Positions 53,664 through 64,000 of a DNA stretch of 64,000 nucleotides are shown here, piece by piece. The number at the start of each line of letters is the position of its first letter. Within the stretch, counting starts at the first letter, position 1. Where the stretch lies: positions 36,458,001-36,522,000 of the forward strand of contig NC_058368.1 of NCBI RefSeq assembly GCF_018350175.1, given 5' to 3'. The notes beneath the pieces are model-generated. The model did no database searches and had not been told where the DNA came from. It was given only the letters and a program-made list of their open reading frames with translations. The stretch is from Felis catus. Taxonomy: Eukaryota. A program made the position numbers and the translations under genes.

Positions 53664-53756
53664 AAGTAGGCTCCACACTGTCAGCGCAGAGCCCGATGCA
53701 TGACCTGGGCCAAAATCAAGAGTTGGACGCTTAACCAAGTGAGCCACAGATGCCCC
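53542..53756 (-). mobile_element. Can-SINE with internal deletion
   Basis: Reverse SINE, long (GA)n. Confidence 0.9.
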
Positions 53757-53796
53757 TGATTCCTGTCTTTTTAAATGGCACTAACAGCACACGCAA

Positions 53797-53815
53797 GCGT
53801 GCACGCGCACGTGCG

Positions 53816-53866
<51 letters not shown>
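53797..53866. repeat. (GC)n/(CA)n alternating purine-pyrimidine microsatellite
   Basis: gcgtgcacgcgcacgtgcgcgcgcgcgc followed by ~21 AC units. Confidence 0.95.
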
Positions 53867-53868
<2 letters not shown>

Positions 53869-54245
53869 CCCTAATAGGTATGGAAATCCCAGGAGTCAAA
53901 TATGTCAACTTGAACTCAAGAGTCTGAGAGAGCATAGGGAGGGATCATGTCATTTATCTAAATTCTTATTCAGTCATTGAAAGTGCCTTGTTAATTGTAA
54001 AGCTCTCTGGGGATATTTGTTCATCAAGTAAGATTTCTTAAAATTAGAAATTATTTATAAATAATCATTTTTATTAAAACATTTAAGTATTTCCAAAAGC
54101 ACAATCATAATTTTAGAGCTTAAAGTTCTTTTCTTCTGTTCTAATACATATGACACAGCAGCACCACTTTTAGAAATATCTTGAATAAAATATTAATATT
54201 TGTCCTCTGTTGCATGTCTACAAAGATACTCAAGGAAGTGTTGTG

Positions 54246-54453
54246 TTTTTTTTTTTAATTTTTTTTTTAATGTTTACTTATATTTGAGAGTGACAGAGCA
54301 TGAGAGGGGGAGGGGCAGAGAGAGAGGGAGACAGAGAATCCAAAACAGGTTCCAGGCTCTGAGCTATCAGCACAGAGCCTGATGTGGGGCTTGAACTCAT
54401 CATGACCTGAGCTGAAGTCGGACACTTAACCGACTGAGCCACCCAGGAGCCCC
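54246..54453 (-). mobile_element. Can-SINE
   Basis: TSD aaggaagtgttgt / aaggaagtattgt. Confidence 0.93.
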
Positions 54454-55008
54454 AAGGAAGTATTGTTAATATAAAGTTCGTAACAGCCTGAATAGTTAAA
54501 GTATGGTATAGCTCCTATGTGGAAGGGACTAGTTTGGTCTATTGAAAAAGATGAAATGGGGAAATCCATATGCTTAAAATGGAAGTTGGCCATGATATAT
54601 TCTTAAATACAAAGATTTACTGCCAAAACTTTTGTATAAAATGATTCTGTTTTTATAAGCAAACAAATATTTTCTTCTAAATTCCACTCTTATTTATGTG
54701 TATGTATATTACAGGGATTATATATACCTAAGATTGTTAATAGTGTTTATTTTTTAGAAGAATTAGGGGAGGACCACTTTTAACTTTTTATTATACCTCT
54801 CTACAGTTTGTATTTTATTATTTTTATAGACTTAAAAAGTCAATCAAGTTCACACAAGGAATTAATCAGGAATAGCTAATGAAGGCATTTAATTTGAATA
54901 GAAAACGTGCTTCTTTGTAGATTTTAATCTAAAGGATTATTTTTCAAAAATGTATTCTTACTGAATTTAACTAGTACTTCCCACATAATTACTTAAATTT
55001 ATAATAAG

Positions 55009-55411
55009 TGTATTAGTTTGCTGTGGCTGCTGTAACAAATTGCCACAAACTGTGTGGCTTAGAACAGCAGAATTATGCTCTCAAGCAGTTCTGGAGGCCG
55101 AATCAGTTCTTTGACTCTCCTTGCTTATGGGGGTTATTGGCAATCCTTGGTTTAAGACCTCCTCACTCCAGTGTCTGCCTCCATTGTCTCACGGCCTTCT
55201 CCTCCTCTTTGTGTCTCTTCCCTCTGTGTATCTGCTTCTGAACTCCCTCTGCCTTTCTCCTCTAAGTTTTCTTGTCATTGGATTTAGGGCCCTCATAGAT
55301 AATCATCTCAAGATCCTTCACTTATCCGTTAAGACCATTTTTCCAATAAAGGCACATATTTACAGGTCCGAGAGATTAGGACATTTGGGCATCACCATTT
55401 AGCCCACTACA
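55009..55411. mobile_element. MLT1-family (ERVL-MaLR) solo LTR
   Basis: TG...CA ends: tgtattagttt..ggctgctgtaacaaattgccacaaac...cagttctggaggcc ... ccatttagcccactaca. Confidence 0.88.
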
Positions 55412-55568
55412 AAGAGATATGAGGATATATTTAAATGATGTCTTCCAAGCTAAAAATTAACACTTTGTATTACAGCTTTTCAGTTTCAAAAATTTGATCA
55501 ACACAAGGCATTTTGTGTGTAAGATACATTAAAAAAATGAAAATTAGAATGCATATTTATTGACTAAG

Positions 55569-55640
<72 letters not shown>
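55569..55640. repeat. (AC)n-(GT)n inverted dinucleotide microsatellite
   Basis: (AC)~16, atacatat, (GT)~14. Confidence 0.95.
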
Positions 55641-55641
<1 letters not shown>

Positions 55642-56459
55642 GGGGCTGTTTCACTGTTTGGTCAAATAAGTCACTTGTTTAATATTTAATTAAGTTGGTT
55701 GCATATTTAAGTGAACACTCTTTTATTTTAGACCTCTTTCATTGTCATTTCACTTTAATTTATGGAGAAATGTTATACTAAAAGATGATAAAAATATGAT
55801 TACATATATTACAAATAGGTATTTGCCATAATTGCCTATGACAATTGAAGTAGATTTTTGTTTAAAGTTTTAAGTAAATGGTATTAGTTTAAATAAATTA
55901 TAAGTAAATGATAAAGTGTCTAATTTTAAGATTAGTTATTATAATTATAACTCTCTGTACAATATAATTTTAAGTTTATTACTCACCAGATATTTCTTGA
56001 CATCATTGTTTTATATTTTGACGTAAATGGCAGATTGGGCAAAAATGATGGCAATGTATTTATTTTGCATTGGAAATTCTGTTTGGGGCAGAAATAAGTT
56101 GCACAGTCTCATGGAGTGAGTTATTTTTTTGTTACAAACTATATATATTTATTCATATATGCAAAATTGGAAGATATCAAAAAATTAAATAATAAAATTT
56201 TTCCATCTTCCTAACAGTTTCCTTCTATTCTCAATGAACTCTTTGTCAGTAATATGTTAGAAATATGGAGTTGAGTCTTCCTATAAAGAAACATACACAC
56301 CTTGACTATTAGTTGTAGTTTTTGAGGAAATTCCCTTTATTGTTTAACAATTCTCATTCTTTTTCTTCTAAGAACCCAGAGGGCATCTTTGAATATCATG
56401 TTTCGAAAATATTTTCCAGAACAAACACCAAGAGTATAGTGTTTAAGAAGGAAAAAGAA

Positions 56460-56675
56460 ATATTATTTACTTAGCATCTACTTTATACCAAGCATTTGCT
56501 AGTTCTTTCTCTTTTTATTCTTGAAAACAACTCTGTGAATGAACATTTTCAGCATTATCTCCATTTTCTTTTATTCCTTGGGGGTAGAAACTGAGGTGCA
56601 GAAAGATTCAATTGGCCGGGATTCCACATGTATTACAGGGTGAGGCTGAGATGTACGTGTAGTTCTGCCTTACTA
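56460..56675 (-). mobile_element. MIR
   Basis: aacaactctgtga..attatctccatttt..agaaactgaggtgcaga. Confidence 0.7.
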
Positions 56676-57722
56676 AACAGCACAGATCGGATGGCAGTCT
56701 CTCCAAGCTTTTCATAAAAATGCCTGCTAGTTTTTGCTGTGGTATCTTACATTTTTAAACAACCTTTCTTATACAGACTTAACTGAGTGTGCAGTCTCCC
56801 GGAGTTAATCCTGGGAGGTCCTCAGCATGAACTCCGCAGATACTGATGCTCTATTGTAGCAGTCCACGCACAGGGCATCGGGCCTAAAGCGAGGCTTTCC
56901 ACTAATACGTAGTTTTATAGCTGTCACCTTTGGGCTGAGGAAAAGATGACAGCAATATCAAATGCTCTTACATTTTAAAATATGAGTTACTAAAACATAA
57001 CCTCAGCTCTGCTTCTGAATTAAAATATGAAAATGTTGAATTAGATGAAGGATATAAATTATAACCTCCGATGAAAGTAAAAATATCCAGGGTTCATTTT
57101 ATACTTTTAAATTTATGTGAAGGTCTGGTTAGCAAAAACGAATAATAACATGGTGAGGTTCCCATTGCCACTATTCTTTGTAATATATCGATTATGGGAT
57201 TTCACAAGAATTACTTATAAAATTTTACTTGCTCAGCTGTTATAACTTTTTTATACCAAATAAGCATTCCAGGGTTAGTCATCATCATAGGTTGGTTTAT
57301 GTATGGGGAAAATATTTTAATATCTAAAAATGGGTTTTAAAAAATAGAAGTTTATAATTTATTGTCAACTATCTTCTTACGGTTATTATCTTAAAATTGC
57401 TGTGCTTATTTATTTTAATGTCGGAGAAAAGCAACTATTGAAATAACATAGTTATTCTTTGTAACTACTCCACAACAAAAAAGCATTATTCTCTAATAAT
57501 TTATGTATATTTTTCATAAGTATTTCCAAAGAATGAACATAGGATAAATTATCTTTTGATACTCTTTAATTTTTTTTCTTATGAGATCTCTCTCCAATAC
57601 TAATAAATAAGTTTGTTTTTAAATCCTGAGTGATCTTTATAGCAAACACAAATTCTAAAATTGTAATAGTCTATTTTATTTTCTTTGATATCTCTCCTAC
57701 CCCTTAAAAGCCAGCAAATGCC

Positions 57723-57936
57723 AGGGTGCCCAGGTAGGCTTAGTCAGTTAAGTGTCCGACTTTGACTCAGGTCATGATCTCATGGATCATGAGTTCAAGC
57801 CCTGCATCATGCTCTGTGCTGGCAGCTCAGAGCCTGGAGCCTGCTTCGGATTCTGTGTCTCCCTCTCTTTCTGCCCCTCCCCTACTCTGTCTCTCTCTGT
57901 CTCTCAAAAATGAATAAACATTAAAAAAAGAAAAAA
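57723..57936 (+). mobile_element. Can-SINE
   Basis: TSD gcaaatgcca. Confidence 0.92.
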
Positions 57937-58666
57937 CCTGCAAATGCCAAAACTTTTATTTTAAAGGGAGTACATCTTTGGAGTCATACCTTTCAGCAAT
58001 AGGATGATATTTTCCTTTGTGAAGCAAGGTTGTCATCTAGTGGTGTTTTCAAGTAGTACATCTTCAGAATTCACTAATAAATCTTCAGTATTTTAAAGGG
58101 AGTGCTTCGCAAAAACAAATGTAGGTTTCAGAATTTAAACACTTTCAAATCTTTTAAATTAGGTATAATAACTTTACAAAAGATTTTCCTTTATAACTTT
58201 TTCTAATTTCTATCGTCCAATGTTTAATGTTGGGTCAAAAAATTTTTGTCTGGCCACTGAAATGCTTGAGTAGTATGGGTATTAATCATGATGTATATCA
58301 AGGCTTTTGTAATGCTTCACGTATCTATTTTTTTCTTAGTTTTTGCATATTCATCCTGTTTATGCAGGTTAATTTTCTGAAATGGTTACATTTAAAATGG
58401 TAAGGTTTTTATGATGATCTCTGCTTTGGTGTTTCTATTTGAATAATATAAAAATGAAAAGTTAGTGTGGAAGAAATTAAATAGATTTTCTGAGGTGTAG
58501 TGAGTGTGTGTAAGCATGTACTTGTGGAAAAAATTTAATGTCATAGGTTAGCTTAATGGAAATGGTGTACATTTGTGTATGTAAAGAAATCATAAAACTA
58601 AACACTTTTTAAAAAATAGTTTACTTCTGAATAAAATAAGTTTTATATTAAAAATAGTTCACTATA

Positions 58667-58898
58667 TTTTTTTTTTTTTAATTTTTTTCAATGTTTTTAT
58701 TTTATTTATTTTTGGGACAGAGAGAGACAGAGCATGAATGGGGGAGGGGCAGAGAGAGAAGGAGACACAGAATTGGAAACAGGCTCCAGGCTCCGAGCCA
58801 TCAGCCCAGAGCCTGACGCGGGGCTCGAACTCATGGACTGCGAGATCGTGACCTGGCTGAAGTCGGACGCCTAACCGACTGCGCCACCCAGGCGCCCC
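58667..58898 (-). mobile_element. Young SINEC_Fc
   Basis: Perfect TSD aatagttcactatat. Confidence 0.95.
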
Positions 58899-60012
58899 AA
58901 TAGTTCACTATATTAAGATCAACAGTAGGTGATTGTACTTTAGTGGTACTTTAAGTAATACATAACTTTTTTCATCTGATCCATTCATACATAAACCATA
59001 GAGAAAATTAAATTTCTAGCTAGTGTTGATTCAGGTCCTTATTTTAATTGTTGGAATAAAGATTCTAAGAATTCGCTGGTATTTATTTTGACATAGTAGG
59101 TGTCCATGTTACCTAAAGAAGGAAAGAAAATTATAGTGATAGAAGAGATACTTGGTTGTTAATGGAAATGAAATAGAAGACCTCTTTTTTTCATTTTTAT
59201 CTTTTGTGTGTCATAGTACGTTCTCTTCTGAATTATCTTTAGTAGTGTTTTGCTCCTCCTATTCTCTGTGCTTAATAGCGATTTGGGCATAGAATCCCAT
59301 GGGTTCATTCAGCTTAACTGCTGGCATATCAATTTGTATTGTTTTCAGTGATTTTTTTACCCATAATGTATCTATAAACTGTAATGGATATATTGATTCC
59401 ATCTGTACCAAGGGATCTGAAGCAAATTTTGTACCAATTTTTGTTAGCCCTTGGTATTGTACTAATCTTGCTACTCAGTGTGGTTAAACACAGGCATACC
59501 TCAGAGATATTGTGTATTTGGTTTCATATCACTGCAGGAAGAGGAATACCGCCACAAAGCTAGTCAAACTAATGTTTTGGTTTCCCAGTGCATATAGAAG
59601 TTATGTCTTCCCTGTAGTCTATTAAATGTACAGTAACATTGTGTCCAAAACAATGTGCATAATTTAAAAATACTTCATTGCTAACAAATGCTGTCACCTG
59701 ACCTTCAGCAAGTTGTGATCTTTTTGCTGGTGGAGGGTCTTGCCTAGATGTTGATGGCTGCTGACTGATCAAGCTGTGGTTGCTGAAGATTGGGGTGGCT
59801 ATGGCAATTTTTAAAAATGAGACATCAATGAAATTTTCCTCATCACTTGACTTCCTATCATGAACAATTTCTCTGTAGCATGTGATGCTGTTTGATAGCA
59901 TTTCACCCACAGCAGAACTCCCTTCAAAATTGGAGTCAGTACTCTTAAGCCTGCGGCTGCTTTATCAACTAAGTTTATGTAATATTCTAAGTCCTTTATT
60001 TTAATAATCTTC

Positions 60013-60233
60013 AGGGGCGCCTGGGTGGCTCCGTCGGTTAAGCGGCCAACTTTGGCTCAGGTCATGATCTCGCAGTCCGTGAGTTCGAGCCCCGCATCGG
60101 GCTCTGTGCTGATAGCTCAGAGCCTGGAGCCTGTTTCAGATTCTGTGTCTCCCTCTCTCTGACCCTCCCCCGTTCATGTTCTGTCTCTCTCTGTCTCAAA
60201 AATAAATAAACGTTAAAAAGATTTAAAAAAAAA
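60013..60233 (+). mobile_element. Can-SINE in Tigger1
   Basis: TSD aatcttca. Confidence 0.94.
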
Positions 60234-60531
60234 ATCTTCACAGTATCTTCACCAGGAACAAATTCCATCTCAAGAAACCACTTGTTTGCTCATCCATAAG
60301 AACCAACTCCTGATCTGTTTAAGTTTTTATCATGAGATTGCAGCAGTTCAGTCCCATCTTCAGGCTCCACTTCTAATTGTAGCTCTCTTGTTATTTCCAC
60401 CACATGTACAGTTACTTGTTCCACTGAAACCTTGAACCCCTCAAAGTCACTGATGAGGGTTGGAATCAACCTCTTCCAAATGCTTGTGAATGTTGCTCTT
60501 GTGACTTGTCCTATGAATCAGGAATATTCTT

Positions 60532-60993
60532 GGGGCACCTGGGTAGCTCAGTCAGTTAAGCGTCTGACTTCAGCTCAGGTCATGATCTCACAGTCCGTGA
60601 GCTTGAGCCCCGCGTCGGGCTCTGTGCTGACAGCTCAGAGCCTGGAGCCTGCTTCGGATTATGTGTCTCCCTCTCTCTCTGCCCCTCCCCTGCTCATGCT
60701 CTGTCTCTCTCTGTCTCAAAAATAAACAAAAACAATTAAAAAATTAAAAAAAAAAGAATATTCTTTTTTTTTTTTTAATTTTTTTTTCAACGTTTTTTAT
60801 TTATTTTTGGGACAGAGAGAGACAGAGCATGAACGGGGGAGGGGCAGAGAGAGAGGGAGATACAGAATCGGAAACAGGCTCCAGGCTCCGAGCCATCAGC
60901 CCAGAGCCCGACGCGGGGCTCGAACTCACGGACCGCGAGATCGTGACCTGGCTGAAGTCGGACGCTTAACCGACTGCGCCACCCAGGCGCCCC
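60532..60993. mobile_element. Tail-to-tail SINE pair in Tigger1: + (60532-60756) and young - (~60764-60993)
   Basis: gaatattctt occurs before, between and after the pair. Confidence 0.94.
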
Positions 60994-61446
60994 AAAAAAA
61001 AGAATATTCTTAACGGCATCTGGAATGGTGAATTCTTTCCAGAAGGTCTTTAGTTTAGTTTGCCCAGATCCATCAGAGGAATCACTATCTATGGCAGCTA
61101 TAGCTTTTCAAAATGTATTTCTTTTCCTTTTTTAAAAAATGTATTTCTTAAATAACAAACTTCAAAATCTAAATTACTCCTTGACTGCAGAATGGACACA
61201 GAATGGATGTTGTGTTAGCAGGCATGAAAACAACATTAATCTTGTACATCTCCATCAGAGATCTTGGGTGACCTGGTGCATTGTCAATGAGCAATAATTA
61301 ATTTGAAAGGAAGCTTTGTAACTGAGCAGTAAGTTTCAACGTTGGGCTTAAAATATTCAGTAAACCATGTTGTAAAGAGATGTGCTGTAGTCCAGGCTTT
61401 GTTGTTTTATTTATAGAGCACAGGTAGAATAGATTTAATGTAATTC

Positions 61447-61663
61447 TTTTTTTCTTAATTTTTAATATTTATTTATTTTTGAGAGAGACAGACAGAGAAC
61501 AAGCAGGGAAGGGGCAGAGAGAGAGACACAATCTGAAGCGGGCTTCAGGCTCACTGTCCAAGCTGACAGCACAGAGCCCGACGCAGGGCTCGAACTCACA
61601 AACTGCAATATCATGACCTGAGCTGAAGTCGATGCTTAACCGACTGAGCCACCCAGGTGCCCC
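61447..61663 (-). mobile_element. Can-SINE in Tigger1
   Basis: TSD gatttaatgtaattctt. Confidence 0.94.
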
Positions 61664-62320
61664 GATTTAATGTAATTCTTAAGGGTGCCTAGGTTTTTCA
61701 AAATGGTAAATGATTGTTGGCTTCAACTTAAAATCACCAGCTACATTAGGCAGTAAAAAAAGGGCCAACCTGTCCTTTCAACCTTTGAAGCTAGGCATTG
61801 ACTTCTCCTCTCTAGCTATGAAAGTCCTAGATGGCATCTTCTTCTAATAGAAAGGTGTTTCATCTGCATTGAAAATCTGTTGTTTAGTGTAGCCACTGGC
61901 ATTAATGATCTCAGCTAGGTCTTCTGGAGAACTTGTTGCATCTTCTACTTGCCCACTCGCTGCTTCATCTTGCACTTTTATGTTACAGAGGTGGCTTCTT
62001 CCCTTAAACCTCATGAACCAATCCCTGCCAGCTTCAAACTAACTCTGTGACTTCCTTACTTCTCTCAGCTTTCATAGGACTGAAGAGAGTTGGGGCCTTG
62101 TTTTGGACTGGCTTAGGGTTTGGCTTAAGGGAATGTCGTGACTGGTTTGGTCTTCTATCAAAACCATTAAAACTTTCTCCGTGTTGGCAATAAGGCTGTG
62201 TCACTTTCTTATCATTTGTGTGTTGCCCGGAATAGCCCATTTAATTTCCTTTAAGAACTGTTTCTTTGCATTTACAACTTGGCAACTGGTGCAGTGGCCC
62301 AGCTTTCAGCCTGTCTCTGC

Positions 62321-62556
62321 TTTTTTTTTTTTTTTTTAACTTTTTATTTTTTTTAACGTTGACTTATTTTTGAGACAGAGAGAGACAGAGCATGAACGGG
62401 GGAGGGGCAGAGAGAGAGGGAGACACAGAATCGGAAGTAGGCTCCAGGCTCTGAGCCATCAGCCCTGGGCCGGACGCGGGGCTCGAACTCACGGACCGCG
62501 AGATCGTGACCTGGCTGAAGTCGGCCGCTTAACCGACTGAGCCACCCAGGCGCCCC
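62321..62556 (-). mobile_element. Young Can-SINE in Tigger1
   Basis: TSD cagcctgtctctgcttt. Confidence 0.95.
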
Positions 62557-63300
62557 CAGCCTGTCTCTGCTTTTGACATGCTTTCCTCACTAAGCTTAAT
62601 CATTTTAGCTTTTGATTTAAAGTGAGAGATGTGTGACTCTTCCTTTCACTTAATACTTAGAGGTCAACGTGGGGTTATCAATTGGCTTGATTTCAAGGGA
62701 ATAGGAAGGCCTGAGAAGGGAGAGATGAGAGAGCAGTGGTTGGTGGAACAGTCAGAACACACACAGTTATCGATTAAGCTTACTGTCTTACATGGATGTG
62801 GTTCATGGCACCCCAAAACAATTACAATAGCAACATTAGAGATCACTGGTCACAGATCACCATAACAAATATGATAATAGTGAAAAAGTTGAAATATTGC
62901 GAGAATTCCCAAAGTGTGACACACAGGTAGGAAGTGCACAAATGCTGTTGGAAAAACGACACCGATAGACTTGCTTGACACAGGGTGGCCACAGACCTTC
63001 CATTTGTAAAAAATACAATATCTGCAAAGCACAGTACAGCAAAGTACAATAAAACAAGGTATGCCCACATTATATTTTCCCAAATTGTATTCATAAATAG
63101 GAACTTGTAAGCCATTTTCTCCTCCCTAGAGGAGGGAATTAGCAAGTTATTTCAGTGTCTCTGGGATATAATAGCAAAAACTGAATTTTTTGGCAAGCAT
63201 GTTACAATCCACTTACACTATGGGGATGGAAACAGGATAGGCAGAGGATAGAGAGACATTTATTTGGACAGTTTTTAAAAGTATTTTTAAATGTTTTGAC

Positions 63301-63392
63301 AGAGTGCCTGGCTGGCTCAGTTGGTAGAACGTGTGATTCTTGATCTTAGGGTCATGATTTCAAGCCCCATCCATGTTGGGTGAAGAGCTTAC
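63301..63392 (+). mobile_element. Short, old tRNA-like Can-SINE
   Basis: gcctggctggctcagttggtagaacgtgtgattcttgatcttagggtcatgatttcaagcccc. Confidence 0.8.
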
Positions 63393-63788
63393 AAATGTGT
63401 GTGTGTGTGTGTGTACACATATATATATTAAATGTGTTTTGAAGGTTTACAGTAGGTTATTAACTTCCATATTTGATAGGACCGAAGATACCTTTTAATA
63501 TAAGTGATTTTTAAAATTATTTCATGTTTTATTCCCTTCTTTCCACATATAGGCTTAGCTAATTGGAAGTTAGTTATCTTTATTTTTTTTTGTGTCTAAG
63601 CAGGAATTCATTTGTTAAAATTCCCATTTTGATATTTAGACAAATATTTTGGCCAGTAATCTCAGTGTGGTAGCAAATAATCATGTATAGATCAAAGACC
63701 ATAAAAACCACACAAGGCCATTTGACTTGGGTTTTATTGTGAGACAGTTAAGACTGCTGTATACCATTCAGTGTTCAGATATGTCCAT

Positions 63789-63999
63789 TTTTTTTTTAAG
63801 TTTATTCATTTACTTTGAGAGATCGAGAAAGAGCATGAGTGGGTAGGGGAAGAGAGAGAGGGAGAGAGAATCCCAAGCAAGTCCTGTACTCTCAGCACAG
63901 AGCCCAACGTGGGGCTTGATCCCACAAACTGTGAGATCATGACCAGAGCTGAAATCAAGAGCCAGACTCTTAACCAACTGAGCCACCCAGGTGCCCCCC
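63789..63999 (-). mobile_element. Can-SINE
   Basis: Reverse SINE ending gagccacccaggtgcccc. Confidence 0.93.
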
Positions 64000-64000
64000 G

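Larger units (their letters stand above)
59491..63067 (-). mobile_element. Full-length Tigger1 (TcMar-Tigger DNA transposon) with decayed transposase, interrupted by five SINEs
   Basis: TIRs caggcatacctc (59491) and aaggtatgccca (to 63067); minus-strand SERKSHTSLTLNQKLKMIKLSEESMSKAET and EMLSNSITCYREIVH..QQPSTSRQDPPPAKR peptides; ~2.4 kb once the SINEs are removed. Confidence 0.93.
9507..64000 (+). other. TDRD3: TDRD3 intron 1 (continues beyond the window)
   Basis: Starts with GTAAGT; the expected exon-2 peptide (YLSDEGIEACTSSP) was not found by eye; repeat-dense sequence. Confidence 0.7.

Noticed and set aside
54878..54900. atgaaggcatt resembling TDRD3 exon 2 (DEGI)
   Set aside because: No upstream acceptor, followed by an in-frame stop, and flanks do not encode YLS or EACTSSP
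59569..62700. Domesticated TIGD-like transposase gene
   Set aside because: Reading frame is broken by stops, frameshifts and five SINE insertions
63301..63392. tRNA-Lys-like sequence
   Set aside because: Degenerate stems and B box; fits an old tRNA-derived Can-SINE head rather than a tRNA gene

Overview
Mammalian, non-prokaryotic DNA. About 45 tRNA-derived Can-SINEs, many of the young felid SINEC_Fc type, point to a cat-family genome. The window holds the 5' end of a + strand gene that I recognise as TDRD3: a CpG-island promoter (~8.3-10.1 kb), a 41-nt first coding exon (9466-9506, MSEVPGAALSQAG-W, canonical GTAAGT donor) and >54 kb of intron 1. I did not find exon 2 in the window. About 4 kb upstream, head-to-head with the promoter, is a near full-length LITAF processed pseudogene (- strand) inserted with a 14-bp TSD into a MER3 element. 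The rest is layered repeats: L1, L2, MIR, MER3/5A/20/33/58A, MLT1, a full-length Tigger1 carrying five SINEs, and microsatellites. Almost all ORFs in the supplied track are repeat or low-complexity artefacts. I see no evidence for a novel multi-gene system. The best leads are the possibly transcribed LITAF retrocopy with an open reading frame, the splice and structural architecture around the TDRD3 start exon, repeated same-site or nested SINE insertions forming inverted pairs, and a CpG-rich intronic candidate regulatory element. Gene and repeat-family names are recalled from memory, not from database searches, and most repeat boundaries are approximate.
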